Source of the DNA: Candidatus Omnitrophota bacterium
Lineage (GTDB): Bacteria > Omnitrophota > Gorgyraeia > Zapsychrales > Fredricksoniimonadaceae
Assembly: GCA_044225175.1 (NCBI GenBank)
Contig: JBGAJA010000005.1
Span: 17,869 to 81,868 of the forward strand
Direction: 5' to 3'
Length of the DNA stretch: 64,000 nucleotides
Every line of letters begins with the position of its first letter. Position 1 is the stretch's first letter. Below, piece after piece: positions 55,045 through 64,000 of this stretch. Below the pieces are notes generated by a model that had not been told where the DNA came from, did not search any database, and worked only from the letters and a program-made list of their open reading frames with translations. The position numbers and the translations under genes were made by a program.

Positions 55045-56768
55045 AAAACTCTAATATCAATTATTGCTGGGGAAGTTTGATTGTTGAAGAATTGGTTCGT
55101 CTGGGTGTTGAGTATTTCTGTATTGCTCCTGGATCGCGTTCTTCGCCTTTAAGTGTTTGTGCTGGGCAAAATAAGAAGGCCAAAGCTATTGTTCATTTTG
55201 ATGAAAGAGGTTTAGGATTTTATGCTCTTGGAATTGCCAGTGCAACTCACAAGCCGGTTGTTCTGATTTGTACTTCTGGAACTGCAGCTGCCAATTTTTA
55301 CCCAGCTATCATTGAAGCTTCTAAGAAGAAAGTTCCTTTGATTGTTTTGACAGCAGATCGCCCTCCAGAACTTCGCCAAACAGGCGCTGTACAGACTATT
55401 GATCAGGTAGGTATTTTTGGCAGATATGTAAAACATTTTACGGATCTTCCTTGTCCAGATTTAAATATTAAACCGGAGTTTGTTTTAACGACCATAGATC
55501 AGGCTTGGTATCAAGCTTATCGAAATTCTAGTGGCGTTGCTCACATCAATTGTATGTTTCGTGATCCTCTAACACCGATCAAGACTAAGGATGATCTTGT
55601 TGCGTATACAAAGGGTCTTTCATCATGGTTAAAATCCCAGAAATCTTACACTCAGTATGTGCATGCTAAAGCAGAAGGATATAAAAATCCTGAAATCATT
55701 GCTGAGCGTATCAATAAGATTAAAAACGGTGTGATTGTAGTTGGTAAGATTGCTAAAAGGCATGAGAGTCAAGTGGTAGAGTTGGCACAAATGCTTGGCT
55801 GGCCAATTTTTGCTGATTTAACTTCTGGAATTAGACTTGGGAATCAAAGCAAGAATATCATTCATTATTTTGATCAACTTTTATTGTCTGAATCTCCCAA
55901 ATTTGATGGGGTGCTTCATTTAGGTGGAAGGCTTACATCTAAACGTTACTATGAATTTATTGAGAGAACGAAACCCCAGGAGTATATCATTGTTCTTGAT
56001 CATCCTTTGCGTAATGACCCGACCCATCAGGTGACTTTTCGGGTAGATTCTTGCGTCGGTAATTTTTGTCGCAACATCAAGCCATTGATGAAGAAGCGTG
56101 GAGAATCAGCATCCTTAAAGAAGCTCGCAGCTCTTAATCTTAAAGTTCATAAAGCTATTGAGAGCTTTCTTAAAAATGATGGGAGGTTATCTGAAATAGC
56201 AACCGCTAGGCTTGTCTCACAGCTGATCCCTAAAGACACGGGCTTATTTGTGTCTAATAGCATGCCTATCAGAGACATGGACTTCTATGGGGATTATACC
56301 TATTGTTCCGTCGCTGTTGGAGGTAATCGGGGGGCAAGTGGTATTGATGGAATTATCGCTTCAGCAGCTGGTTTTGCCCAAGGTTTAGGCAAACCCGTGA
56401 CCCTTATGATTGGTGATTTGGCAGCTTTACATGACGTAAACTCATTAGCACTCCTTAAAGATCTCTCTGTACCTTTAGTGATCGTTGTTCTTAATAATGG
56501 CGGAGGAGGTATATTTTCGTTCTTGCCGATAGCTCAAGATGCACCTCAAACATTTGAAAAGCTTTTTGGTACGCCACACAGCCAAACATTTGCTAATGCT
56601 GCAGCTATGTTTGAACTCAACTATGCTCAACCCATGGATACTGAGCAATTCAAGAATGTATACAGTCAGGCCTTAAAGTCACAAACAACAACGATCATTG
56701 AAGTAATTACTAGTCGTGATGAAAATTTAAAAATTCATAAGAATTTGCAACAACAGCTAACTTTTTAA
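55041..56768 (+). CDS. menD: 2-succinyl-5-enolpyruvyl-6-hydroxy-3-cyclohexene-1-carboxylate synthase
   Basis: 575 aa. TPP enzyme with the N-terminal WGSLIVEELVRLGV...CIAPGSRSSPL MenD signature and the GDLAALHD TPP motif. Confidence 0.85.
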   Translation: MKNSNINYCWGSLIVEELVRLGVEYFCIAPGSRSSPLSVCAGQNKKAKAIVHFDERGLGFYALGIASATHKPVVLICTSGTAAANFYPAIIEASKKKVPLIVLTADRPPELRQTGAVQTIDQVGIFGRYVKHFTDLPCPDLNIKPEFVLTTIDQAWYQAYRNSSGVAHINCMFRDPLTPIKTKDDLVAYTKGLSSWLKSQKSYTQYVHAKAEGYKNPEIIAERINKIKNGVIVVGKIAKRHESQVVELAQMLGWPIFADLTSGIRLGNQSKNIIHYFDQLLLSESPKFDGVLHLGGRLTSKRYYEFIERTKPQEYIIVLDHPLRNDPTHQVTFRVDSCVGNFCRNIKPLMKKRGESASLKKLAALNLKVHKAIESFLKNDGRLSEIATARLVSQLIPKDTGLFVSNSMPIRDMDFYGDYTYCSVAVGGNRGASGIDGIIASAAGFAQGLGKPVTLMIGDLAALHDVNSLALLKDLSVPLVIVVLNNGGGGIFSFLPIAQDAPQTFEKLFGTPHSQTFANAAAMFELNYAQPMDTEQFKNVYSQALKSQTTTIIEVITSRDENLKIHKNLQQQLTF

Positions 56769-56777
56769 AAGGATCTC

Positions 56778-57305
56778 ATGAAAAATTTATTTGTTATTAT
56801 AGTCGTTCTTTTTTGTTCTATTTCGGTTTCAAGAGCGCAGGAGGCTAAGTTTGTTCCATTTACCTCTGAGATTGCATCAGCTGAGTTTATTGGGATGTGG
56901 TATGTGACTCAGGATAAGAGGCGCTACGATGGGACTGATCGTACAGGAAGGATTAACCCTCCGACTCAGAATTGGATTATCCGCTATGATTTGGGTAAGG
57001 TCTGGGTTCTATATCCAGAGACCAAAACATATAAAGAAATGAACATGACAGAAGAACAAAAAAGGGAAGATAAAACAGCTCCTTATGGAAAATTATACAA
57101 GACCATAGATTACAAAGGGCAAAGTGTCGACCAATATGTTCCGAATGCAAAAACAACTTTATATTATATTCATGGCACTAAAGTCCCTTTAAGAGTCGAA
57201 CGCATCGTTGGAAATGAAACGCATATTACAGAATTTACAAATATTCAAATGCAAGAACCATCATCAGATGTTTTTGAAATACCTTTAGATTACGTAAAAA
57301 AATAG
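56778..57305 (+). CDS. Hypothetical secreted protein
   Basis: 175 aa with signal peptide MKNLFVIIVVLFCSISVSRAQE. Confidence 0.45.
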   Translation: MKNLFVIIVVLFCSISVSRAQEAKFVPFTSEIASAEFIGMWYVTQDKRRYDGTDRTGRINPPTQNWIIRYDLGKVWVLYPETKTYKEMNMTEEQKREDKTAPYGKLYKTIDYKGQSVDQYVPNAKTTLYYIHGTKVPLRVERIVGNETHITEFTNIQMQEPSSDVFEIPLDYVKK

Positions 57306-57310
57306 AATAG

Positions 57311-57380
57311 TGTCATTGCGAGCGAAAGCGAAGCAATCTTATTAAGATTGCCACGTCGCCTATGGCTCCTCGCAATGACA
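57311..57380. repeat. Imperfect ~70-bp inverted repeat (stem GTCATTGCGAG...CTCGCAATGAC) in the intergenic region before the helicase gene
   Basis: 11-bp perfect arms separated by about 47 bp with additional internal complementarity. Could be a terminator, a regulatory RNA structure or a small-element remnant. Confidence 0.4.
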
Positions 57381-57392
57381 TAAGATAGGCTT

Positions 57393-58721
57393 ATGGCATC
57401 CAATCCGATCAAATTCTCAGAGCTTGATTTTAATGATGAATTTGTGGCTTCTTTTGAAGCGCTTGAGAATACTCGTGATAATATTTTTTTGACCGGCAAG
57501 GCAGGAACGGGTAAGTCAACGCTTCTTCAATATTTTCGTCTGAAAACTTCCAAGAACATTGCTGTTTTAGCGCCTACTGGTGTGGCTGCGGTCAACATCA
57601 AAGGTCAGACTATTCATTCCTTCTTTCAATTTAAACCTGACATTACACCAGATAGTGTGAACGACATCATCATGCGCAAAACCAAACGCAAGATGTTTCA
57701 GGCATTAGAGGCTATTGTTATTGATGAGGTTTCTATGGTGCGTGCGGATTTGTTTGATTGTATTGATGCTTTTTTAAGGTTATTTGGTCCGCATTACGAT
57801 CGTCCATTTGGAGGAGTTCAAATAATTTTATTTGGTGATTTGTTTCAATTGCCGCCAGTTGTATCAAGAATGGAACAGGAGCTCTTTAGGGGAATCTATC
57901 CGAGTCCTTACTTTTTTTCAGCTAAAGTATTCAGTCAGATTAATCTAAAGATATTGGAACTTAAGAAAATTTATCGTCAAAAGGACGAGAATTTTATCCA
58001 TTTGCTTAATGCTATTCGTCACAATGAATTAAAAGAACATCATCTGCATGCATTTAATAGTCGCCATCATGAGAAGGCGAGTTTCAACAAAGAAGACTTT
58101 TATATAACGCTAACGACCACAAATGCGTTGGCGGAAGATGTGAATAATAGATGTTTGAATGCAATTGTGGGACAGGGGCATTCTTATCATGGTGAGATTT
58201 CAGGAGAGTTTGAGAAGAAGAGTTTGCCTGGGCAGGAAATTCTCCATTTGAAAAAAGGCGCCCAAGTTATGATGCTTAATAATGACGCAGATAAGCGCTG
58301 GGTCAATGGTTCATTAGGTGTGATTGAAGAAATCAAATCGTATTCCGGCGAAGATATTATTCTAGTTAAACTTGAGAATGGCCAAACAGTAGATGTCAAA
58401 AGGCATACTTGGGAGATTTATCAATACTATTTTGATGATGTGGTTAATAATCTTGCTTCTAAAGTCATCGGTTATTTTACACAATATCCTTTAAAACCAG
58501 CCTGGGCAGTCACAATTCATAAGTCACAAGGGCAAACATTTGAACGTATCGTCATTGATATTGGAGATGGGACATTTGCCCACGGACAGATGTATGTGGC
58601 CCTTAGTCGCTGTACTTCTTTAGAGGGGATTATTCTTAAAAAACTTCTTCGTCAAAGTCATGTCCTTATGGATAATCGTATACATGATTTTATGACTAAG
58701 AGTCTTGGAGAATTAGTATGA
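57393..58721 (+). CDS. ATP-dependent DNA helicase of the PIF1/RecD-like family (SF1B)
   Basis: 442 aa. Walker A LTGKAGTGKST, Walker B VIDEVSMV, and a C-terminal UvrD_C_2-like region (VTIHKSQGQTF...ALSRCTS). Confidence 0.75.
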   Translation: MASNPIKFSELDFNDEFVASFEALENTRDNIFLTGKAGTGKSTLLQYFRLKTSKNIAVLAPTGVAAVNIKGQTIHSFFQFKPDITPDSVNDIIMRKTKRKMFQALEAIVIDEVSMVRADLFDCIDAFLRLFGPHYDRPFGGVQIILFGDLFQLPPVVSRMEQELFRGIYPSPYFFSAKVFSQINLKILELKKIYRQKDENFIHLLNAIRHNELKEHHLHAFNSRHHEKASFNKEDFYITLTTTNALAEDVNNRCLNAIVGQGHSYHGEISGEFEKKSLPGQEILHLKKGAQVMMLNNDADKRWVNGSLGVIEEIKSYSGEDIILVKLENGQTVDVKRHTWEIYQYYFDDVVNNLASKVIGYFTQYPLKPAWAVTIHKSQGQTFERIVIDIGDGTFAHGQMYVALSRCTSLEGIILKKLLRQSHVLMDNRIHDFMTKSLGELV

Positions 58722-60640
58722 AAAAATTTTTATTTTTCACATTCTTTTTGATGTTTTCATTTTTAGCCTTTGCTCAAGAAATAAAAGAAGAGGCCTGGCT
58801 TTCTAAGAATGCTGACCAACCTTATATTGCTCTTGCAAATGAGTATCAAGTGACTTTAAAACCAGATTGGTCATATGAAGAAACATATCATTCTCGTATA
58901 AAGATACAAAAAGATACTGGAAAAGAATTGCAACAATGGCCTATTTATTACAATAAATCTAGAGATGCAATTTCGGACATTGTTGCTCGTGTGGAGAATC
59001 CGGATGGTCATCAAGTAACAGCAACTGATATCCAGGATTTGCCAGTTTACAAAGATTTAGATGCTTATTCGGATATGCACATGAAGTTAGTTAGTCTTCC
59101 TGAGGTTAGCGTTGGTTCCATTATTGATGTGACAGTTAGAAGTTCAACCACTCGAAAAGAAATTCCAAATCACTATTGGGCTGAAGTTCTTTATCCAGCT
59201 ATTCCAACACAGCATGCTAAACATGTTTTTATTATCCCAGATGACAAGCCTGTTCGTTTTAAATCCTATAAGATGGCTTATCAACCAACGATCGAGAAGT
59301 CCAATGGTCGAACGATATATACCATGGTTTTTGATGAGACAAATCCTATTCCGGATCAAGAAACATTAATGCCACCTATGCAGGAGGTGTTAGGAGCAAT
59401 GTACTTATCTTCAATGGATGATTGGAAGATCGTAGCGGATTGGTATCGTGACTTAGTTAATAAAAAAACTATTGATGATTCACAAATTACACTTAAAGCT
59501 TTAGAAGTTGTTAAGGGAAAGACCCTTCAGAAAGATAAGGCCCGGGCAATCTTGGAATACATTCAAGACAACTATCAATATGTTCCTCTTAATTTCGGTG
59601 ACAATACCGTCGATCCTAATTCCACAACGACAGTTTTTAAGAATCAATATGGGGATTCTAAAGACATTGCTCTTTTAACCAGACAATTATTTCAAATTGT
59701 AGGGATTGAGATTAATATTTGTCTTTTGAGTGAAGAGTTTTCGGGTAATCCTCAGTCAGGGCTTCCTAATCCAAATGTATTTAGCCATGTGATTCTTCAG
59801 GCAAAACTAGATGGAAAAGATTATTTTATTGATCCTCTTTTAAGAGGTTTTGATATCGGAGAATATCCAGCTAATTATGAGAACGGTTATGTATTAATCA
59901 TTGATTCTGAAAGTTATAGATTTGATAATCTTCCGAACACACCTGAAGATCGCCGGACTCTTTTAAGTGAAGCAGACGTAAATATATTTAATAGTGGAGC
60001 TGCAGACTATCGAGTTCATGTGAAGCTTCCCATTGAAGCGAGTCAGAGTTTTAGGCAAACGTGGCTTTCCTCAAGCAATGAAGACAAAGATAAGTTTTTT
60101 AAAAACCTTCAAGGAAACTTCGCTAAAAGTGGGCAAATGATTGATCATAAGGTCAGTGGGGTGGAGAACAGGTATGGACCCGTCGAATTTAATTTACGAT
60201 ATCACTCCGATGATGCTTATCCTATTGTTAATGATATGATTCTCATAAAAGAGGAAACCCAATCAGATCTTCCTGACTTTTCTGCTGAAAAGCGTGACCA
60301 TCCAATCTTTGTCTCAATAAATTCACTTATAAAAAATGTGAATACATATCATATTCCCGACCAATTCAAGGTTAATTTTCTGCCTCAAAGTTATACTATG
60401 TCCATTGATTTTATGGATGTTGAAGTGGATTATCAAAACAAAGAAAATTTTATTGAGATCACTAGCAATTATCACACAAAAAGGTGTACTATACCTGCTG
60501 AACGCTACGGACAATTGAAGAATTTTGCTAAGGATCTGTTCAAAAAGAACGATCAGTATATTGTTTTAAAGAAGTCTTCTGAGCCTGAACCAACGGGGGA
60601 GGCTAAAGAAGCTGTTAAAAAACCAATTGAAGGGAAATAA
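58718..60640 (+). CDS. Secreted protein with DUF3857-like N-terminal region and a transglutaminase-like (Cys-His-Asp) core
   Basis: 640 aa with a signal peptide. NICLLSEEF...FSHVILQAK...YFIDP shows the C/H/D order and spacing seen in transglutaminase-like cysteine protease folds. Confidence 0.4.
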   Translation: MKKFLFFTFFLMFSFLAFAQEIKEEAWLSKNADQPYIALANEYQVTLKPDWSYEETYHSRIKIQKDTGKELQQWPIYYNKSRDAISDIVARVENPDGHQVTATDIQDLPVYKDLDAYSDMHMKLVSLPEVSVGSIIDVTVRSSTTRKEIPNHYWAEVLYPAIPTQHAKHVFIIPDDKPVRFKSYKMAYQPTIEKSNGRTIYTMVFDETNPIPDQETLMPPMQEVLGAMYLSSMDDWKIVADWYRDLVNKKTIDDSQITLKALEVVKGKTLQKDKARAILEYIQDNYQYVPLNFGDNTVDPNSTTTVFKNQYGDSKDIALLTRQLFQIVGIEINICLLSEEFSGNPQSGLPNPNVFSHVILQAKLDGKDYFIDPLLRGFDIGEYPANYENGYVLIIDSESYRFDNLPNTPEDRRTLLSEADVNIFNSGAADYRVHVKLPIEASQSFRQTWLSSSNEDKDKFFKNLQGNFAKSGQMIDHKVSGVENRYGPVEFNLRYHSDDAYPIVNDMILIKEETQSDLPDFSAEKRDHPIFVSINSLIKNVNTYHIPDQFKVNFLPQSYTMSIDFMDVEVDYQNKENFIEITSNYHTKRCTIPAERYGQLKNFAKDLFKKNDQYIVLKKSSEPEPTGEAKEAVKKPIEGK

Positions 60641-60641
60641 T

Positions 60642-63350
60642 ATGTCATCATTTAATCAAAAAAGCATAGCCCAAGTCTTAAAAGTAGGTTCCAGCAAATA
60701 CAAAATTTATTCTCTTCCTAAATATGCAAAATCTGTAGGTTTAAAATTATCTGCCTTGCCGTTTTCCATACGAATCCTTCTCGAAAGTGCTTTACGTAAT
60801 TACGATGATTATCAAGTCACATTAAAAGATATTGAAACAATTGCTGCATGGAAACCCAATGATACCAAGCAAGAAATTGCTTTTAAACCTGGTCGCGTTA
60901 TTCTCCAGGATTTCACAGGGGTTCCCTGTGTTGTTGATTTAGCTGCTATGCGAGATGCTATGAAAGCTTTGGGTGGAAATATCAAGAAAATCAATCCCCA
61001 GGTTCAATGCGATTTGGTCATTGACCATTCTGTGCAAGTCGATGCTTTTGGTAATGCAAAAGCTTTAGGGACCAACGTCAAATTAGAATTTGATCGTAAC
61101 CGTGAACGTTATGAATTTCTTAAGTGGGGACAAAGTGCTTTTGAGAATTTCCGGGTTGTTCCCCCTGCGACAGGAATTGTCCACCAAGTGAATCTTGAAT
61201 ATTTAGCTAAGGGTGTTTTAAAAAAGAAAATAGGAACTGAAACAGTTGCTTATCCTGATAGCTTAGTTGGAACAGATTCCCATACGACCATGATCAATGG
61301 TTTAGGAATTGTGGGCTGGGGGGTTGGAGGAATTGAAGCGGAATCCGTTATGTTAGGGGAACCCATCAATATGCTTCTTCCAGAAGTTGTTGGTATGCGT
61401 TTAACGGGCAATCTTCCTGAAGGAGCAACAGCAACCGACATGGTTTTAACGGTCACCCAAATTCTTCGTAAGAAGGGTGTGGTTGAAAAGTTCGTGGAAT
61501 TCTTTGGGGAAGGTATTAAAAATTTAACACTTCCAGATCGTGCAACAATTGCCAACATGGCACCAGAATATGGGGCCACAATTGGTCTTTTCCCAGTTGA
61601 TGAACAAACATTGAGTTATTTAAAGATTTCAGGACGTACTCCTGATCAAATTGCTTTAGTTGAACAATATTACAAAGAACAGGGCATGTTTTATACCAAT
61701 AGAACGCCAGAATCAGTTTACTCAGATATTGTTGAATTAGATTTATCTACGGTCGTTCCTTCCTTAGCGGGCCCAAAACGTCCTCAAGATCGTGTGGCAT
61801 TAAAAGATCTTAAGACATCCTTCTTGCAAGGATTGACTGAAGACATTAAGTCTCGTGGTTATGGTTTGGCTGAAACAAGTTTAAATCGCACTGTTCTTGT
61901 TGGAGATGGTAAGAAGGAAAGAATCGGTCATGGTGCTGTTATTATTGCGGCCATCACAAGTTGTACTAATACATCCAATCCTTCAGTTCTAATTGGAGCA
62001 GGGCTTTTAGCCAAGAAAGCTGTTGAAAAAGGATTGTCAATGCATGGTTATGTAAAGACATCATTTGCTCCGGGCTCACAGGTTGTTGAAGATTATTTAA
62101 AAAGCGCTGGGCTTTTGAAGTATTTAGAGAAAATTGGTTTTAATATTGTAGGCTACGGTTGCACAACATGTATCGGAAACTCTGGCCCTATTCCTGAGCA
62201 TGTGGCTAATGCTGTAGTCGAAGGAGATTTAGTTGCTGCTGCTGTGCTTTCTGGAAATAGAAACTTTGAAGGGCGTGTTAATCCTCATGCAAGAGCTAAT
62301 TTTTTGGCCTCTCCGCCTTTGGTTGTGGCGTATGCCTTAGCTGGACGTGTGGACATTGATTTAGACAATGATCCAATTGGTTTTGATAAGAAAGATAAAC
62401 CTGTTTTCCTCAAAGATATTTGGCCGACTCAAAAAGAAATTTCAACCATCTTAAAGAAGTCGGTTAAGGCTTCCATTTTTCGTAAGCGTTATAAGAATGT
62501 GGATAAGGGGAATAAAAATTGGAACACTATTAAACAAACCAAATCTGATTTGTTTACATGGAGTGATAAAAGTACATATATCCATCAGCCTCCATATTTT
62601 ATTGGAATGAAAAGTCAGACAACTCCCATTGAAGCTATTAAGGGAGCCAGATGTCTGGTTATGGTTTCTGATTCCATTACAACGGATCACATTTCTCCAG
62701 CAGGTTCAATTGCCAAAGATTCTCCAGCAGGGAAGTTTTTGATGGAGCAAGGCGTGCAATCCGTTGATTTTAATCAGTATGGAGCTCGTCGAGGAAATGA
62801 CCTGGTAATGACGCGTGGAACATTTGCCAATATTCGTTTACGTAATTTGATTGCTCCAGGAACAGAAGGTCCATGGACCACCTATTGGCCAACCAATGAG
62901 AAAATGTTTATTTATGATGCTTCTTTAAAATATAAAGCAGATCGAACGCCTTTAATTGCCATTGCAGGAAAAGAGTATGGTACAGGTTCTTCTCGTGATT
63001 GGGCGGCAAAGGGAACAACATTGCTTGGAATCAAGGCCGTTATTGCAGAAAGTTTTGAGCGCATTCATCGCAGCAATTTAGCTGGTATGGGTGTGTTACC
63101 TTGCCAATTCTTACAAGGGGAGAATGCCGCAAGTCTTGGTTTAAAGGGTGATGAAACATTTTATTTTGAAGATCTGTCAGATAATTTGAAACCAAGACAG
63201 GAATTGACTATTGTTGCCAAGTCTCCGGATGGTGCTCAAAAGAAGTTTAAGGTTTTAGCTCGTGTGGATACACCTGTTGAGGTGGATTATCTTCGTAATG
63301 GAGGAATCCTTCAGACAGTTTTACGAAAATTAGCTTCAGCCAGAGGCTGA
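60642..63350 (+). CDS. acnA: Aconitate hydratase A
   Basis: About 902 aa starting MSSFNQ... Fe-S cluster cysteines ([18 protein letters not shown]) and the C-terminal swivel domain. The ORF track start at 60627 overlaps the upstream gene, so the likely start is the ATG at 60642. Confidence 0.9.
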   Translation: MSSFNQKSIAQVLKVGSSKYKIYSLPKYAKSVGLKLSALPFSIRILLESALRNYDDYQVTLKDIETIAAWKPNDTKQEIAFKPGRVILQDFTGVPCVVDLAAMRDAMKALGGNIKKINPQVQCDLVIDHSVQVDAFGNAKALGTNVKLEFDRNRERYEFLKWGQSAFENFRVVPPATGIVHQVNLEYLAKGVLKKKIGTETVAYPDSLVGTDSHTTMINGLGIVGWGVGGIEAESVMLGEPINMLLPEVVGMRLTGNLPEGATATDMVLTVTQILRKKGVVEKFVEFFGEGIKNLTLPDRATIANMAPEYGATIGLFPVDEQTLSYLKISGRTPDQIALVEQYYKEQGMFYTNRTPESVYSDIVELDLSTVVPSLAGPKRPQDRVALKDLKTSFLQGLTEDIKSRGYGLAETSLNRTVLVGDGKKERIGHGAVIIAAITSCTNTSNPSVLIGAGLLAKKAVEKGLSMHGYVKTSFAPGSQVVEDYLKSAGLLKYLEKIGFNIVGYGCTTCIGNSGPIPEHVANAVVEGDLVAAAVLSGNRNFEGRVNPHARANFLASPPLVVAYALAGRVDIDLDNDPIGFDKKDKPVFLKDIWPTQKEISTILKKSVKASIFRKRYKNVDKGNKNWNTIKQTKSDLFTWSDKSTYIHQPPYFIGMKSQTTPIEAIKGARCLVMVSDSITTDHISPAGSIAKDSPAGKFLMEQGVQSVDFNQYGARRGNDLVMTRGTFANIRLRNLIAPGTEGPWTTYWPTNEKMFIYDASLKYKADRTPLIAIAGKEYGTGSSRDWAAKGTTLLGIKAVIAESFERIHRSNLAGMGVLPCQFLQGENAASLGLKGDETFYFEDLSDNLKPRQELTIVAKSPDGAQKKFKVLARVDTPVEVDYLRNGGILQTVLRKLASARG

Positions 63351-63378
63351 TCCGCTTTCGGCGGAAAATTAAGGATAT
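63351..63378 (+). terminator. Possible terminator hairpin after acnA
   Basis: 'tccgc tttc ggcgga' followed by an AAATT-rich stretch. Weak T-tract. Confidence 0.3.
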
Positions 63379-63381
63379 CAC

Positions 63382-63966
63382 ATGAAATTGCTTTATACCA
63401 AACGTTCGCCATATGCCCGTAAGGTCAGGGTTGTTGCTTTAGAAAAAGGGATTAACCTGGAATTGCTCGATGAGGATTTACAAAATAAGTCTACTCGTCT
63501 TTTAGATGCAAACCCTCTAGGAAAAGTGCCTACACTGGTTTTAGATAATAATGAAACCGTCTATGACAGCTCGGTCATTTGTCAGTATTTGGATGGTTTA
63601 AATGAGACAAACCCTATGATTCCAAAAGACCCCAAAAAGAGAATTGACGTTCTCAAATGGGAGGCTTTCTCTAATGATTTAATGACTGTTGCAATTAATG
63701 CTTACATGGAAAAGATTCGTCATCCAGTTGATTTTAAAAAAGATTTTGTAACGACCCAGGAAAACAACATTCAAAAGGCCTATCAGTTTATTGAAAGTCA
63801 TTTGAATCAGCTTAAAGAATTTAATTTGGCCTCCATTGCTGTTGTGAGTGCCATTGGCTATGTCCATTTTCGTTTGCCTCATTTAAAGGTGCAGGGAAAG
63901 TTAGATGCGTGGTTTCAAGAAATGAATAAGCGTCCTTCCATGCAAAATACAATACCAATAGCTTAA
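63382..63966 (+). CDS. Glutathione S-transferase family protein
   Basis: 194 aa. N-terminal thioredoxin-like GST domain KLLYTKRSPYARKVR...LGKVPTLV...DSSVICQYL. Confidence 0.8.
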   Translation: MKLLYTKRSPYARKVRVVALEKGINLELLDEDLQNKSTRLLDANPLGKVPTLVLDNNETVYDSSVICQYLDGLNETNPMIPKDPKKRIDVLKWEAFSNDLMTVAINAYMEKIRHPVDFKKDFVTTQENNIQKAYQFIESHLNQLKEFNLASIAVVSAIGYVHFRLPHLKVQGKLDAWFQEMNKRPSMQNTIPIA

Positions 63967-64000
63967 TACTATTATGCGAAGAAAATTAGATTTTAGGTCA

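Noticed and set aside
60627-60641. ORF-track start for aconitase at 60627 (MKGNNMSSF)
   Set aside because: It overlaps the stop of the upstream gene. Known AcnA proteins start MSS..., so the ATG at 60642 is preferred.
1-64000. Search for rRNA, tRNA, CRISPR arrays, transposases, integrases or phage genes
   Set aside because: No rRNA-like conserved stretches, no recognisable tRNA cloverleaf candidates in the short intergenic regions, no spacer-repeat arrays, and no transposase, integrase or phage structural motifs were seen by eye. An absence by eye is not proof; tRNAscan or Infernal should confirm.

Overview
AT-rich bacterial chromosomal segment of about 64 kb, densely coded, almost entirely on the + strand except mocA and the pntAB block.

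Core gene order polA-(glgA)-coaE-rho and rpmE-prfA-...-prmC resembles Chlamydiae genomes. Most likely this comes from an environmental chlamydia-like organism; that is inference from synteny only.

Housekeeping and metabolic content:
- A three-subunit molybdenum hydroxylase (FAD, 2Fe-2S and Mo subunits) with accessory genes xdhC and a MocA/MobA-like gene.
- Membrane transhydrogenase pntAB on the minus strand.
- A bioB-like radical SAM gene, korAB (2-oxoacid:ferredoxin oxidoreductase), trxB, fchA-like plus folD, polA, glgA, coaE, rho, rpmE, prfA, prmC, murA.
- trpG-trpD-trpC-trpF followed directly by ubiE/menG-menF-menD, then a RecD/PIF1-like helicase, acnA and a GST.

The standout feature is a family of three giant paralogous proteins of 2830, 2070 and 1271 aa (12650-21100, 26159-32371, 42980-46795):
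- All three have Sec-type signal peptides, a shared conserved N-terminal module of about 340 aa, and a shared C-terminal module of about 60 aa.
- The central regions are completely different and carry enzyme-like motifs: a histidine-phosphatase RHGE motif, a protein-kinase-like catalytic loop, SAM methyltransferase motifs, and a TTL/ATP-grasp-like motif.
- Paralog 1 also has five tandem ~72-aa repeats.

Two short palindromic DNA repeat families interact with these genes:
- A 24-bp element sits as an intergenic hairpin at 9613-9636 and twice in-frame inside paralog 2.
- A 28-bp GC-rich palindrome forms the last codons and stop of paralog 1 and recurs after korB, bracketing the bioB-korAB block.

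No rRNA, tRNA or CRISPR arrays were recognised.
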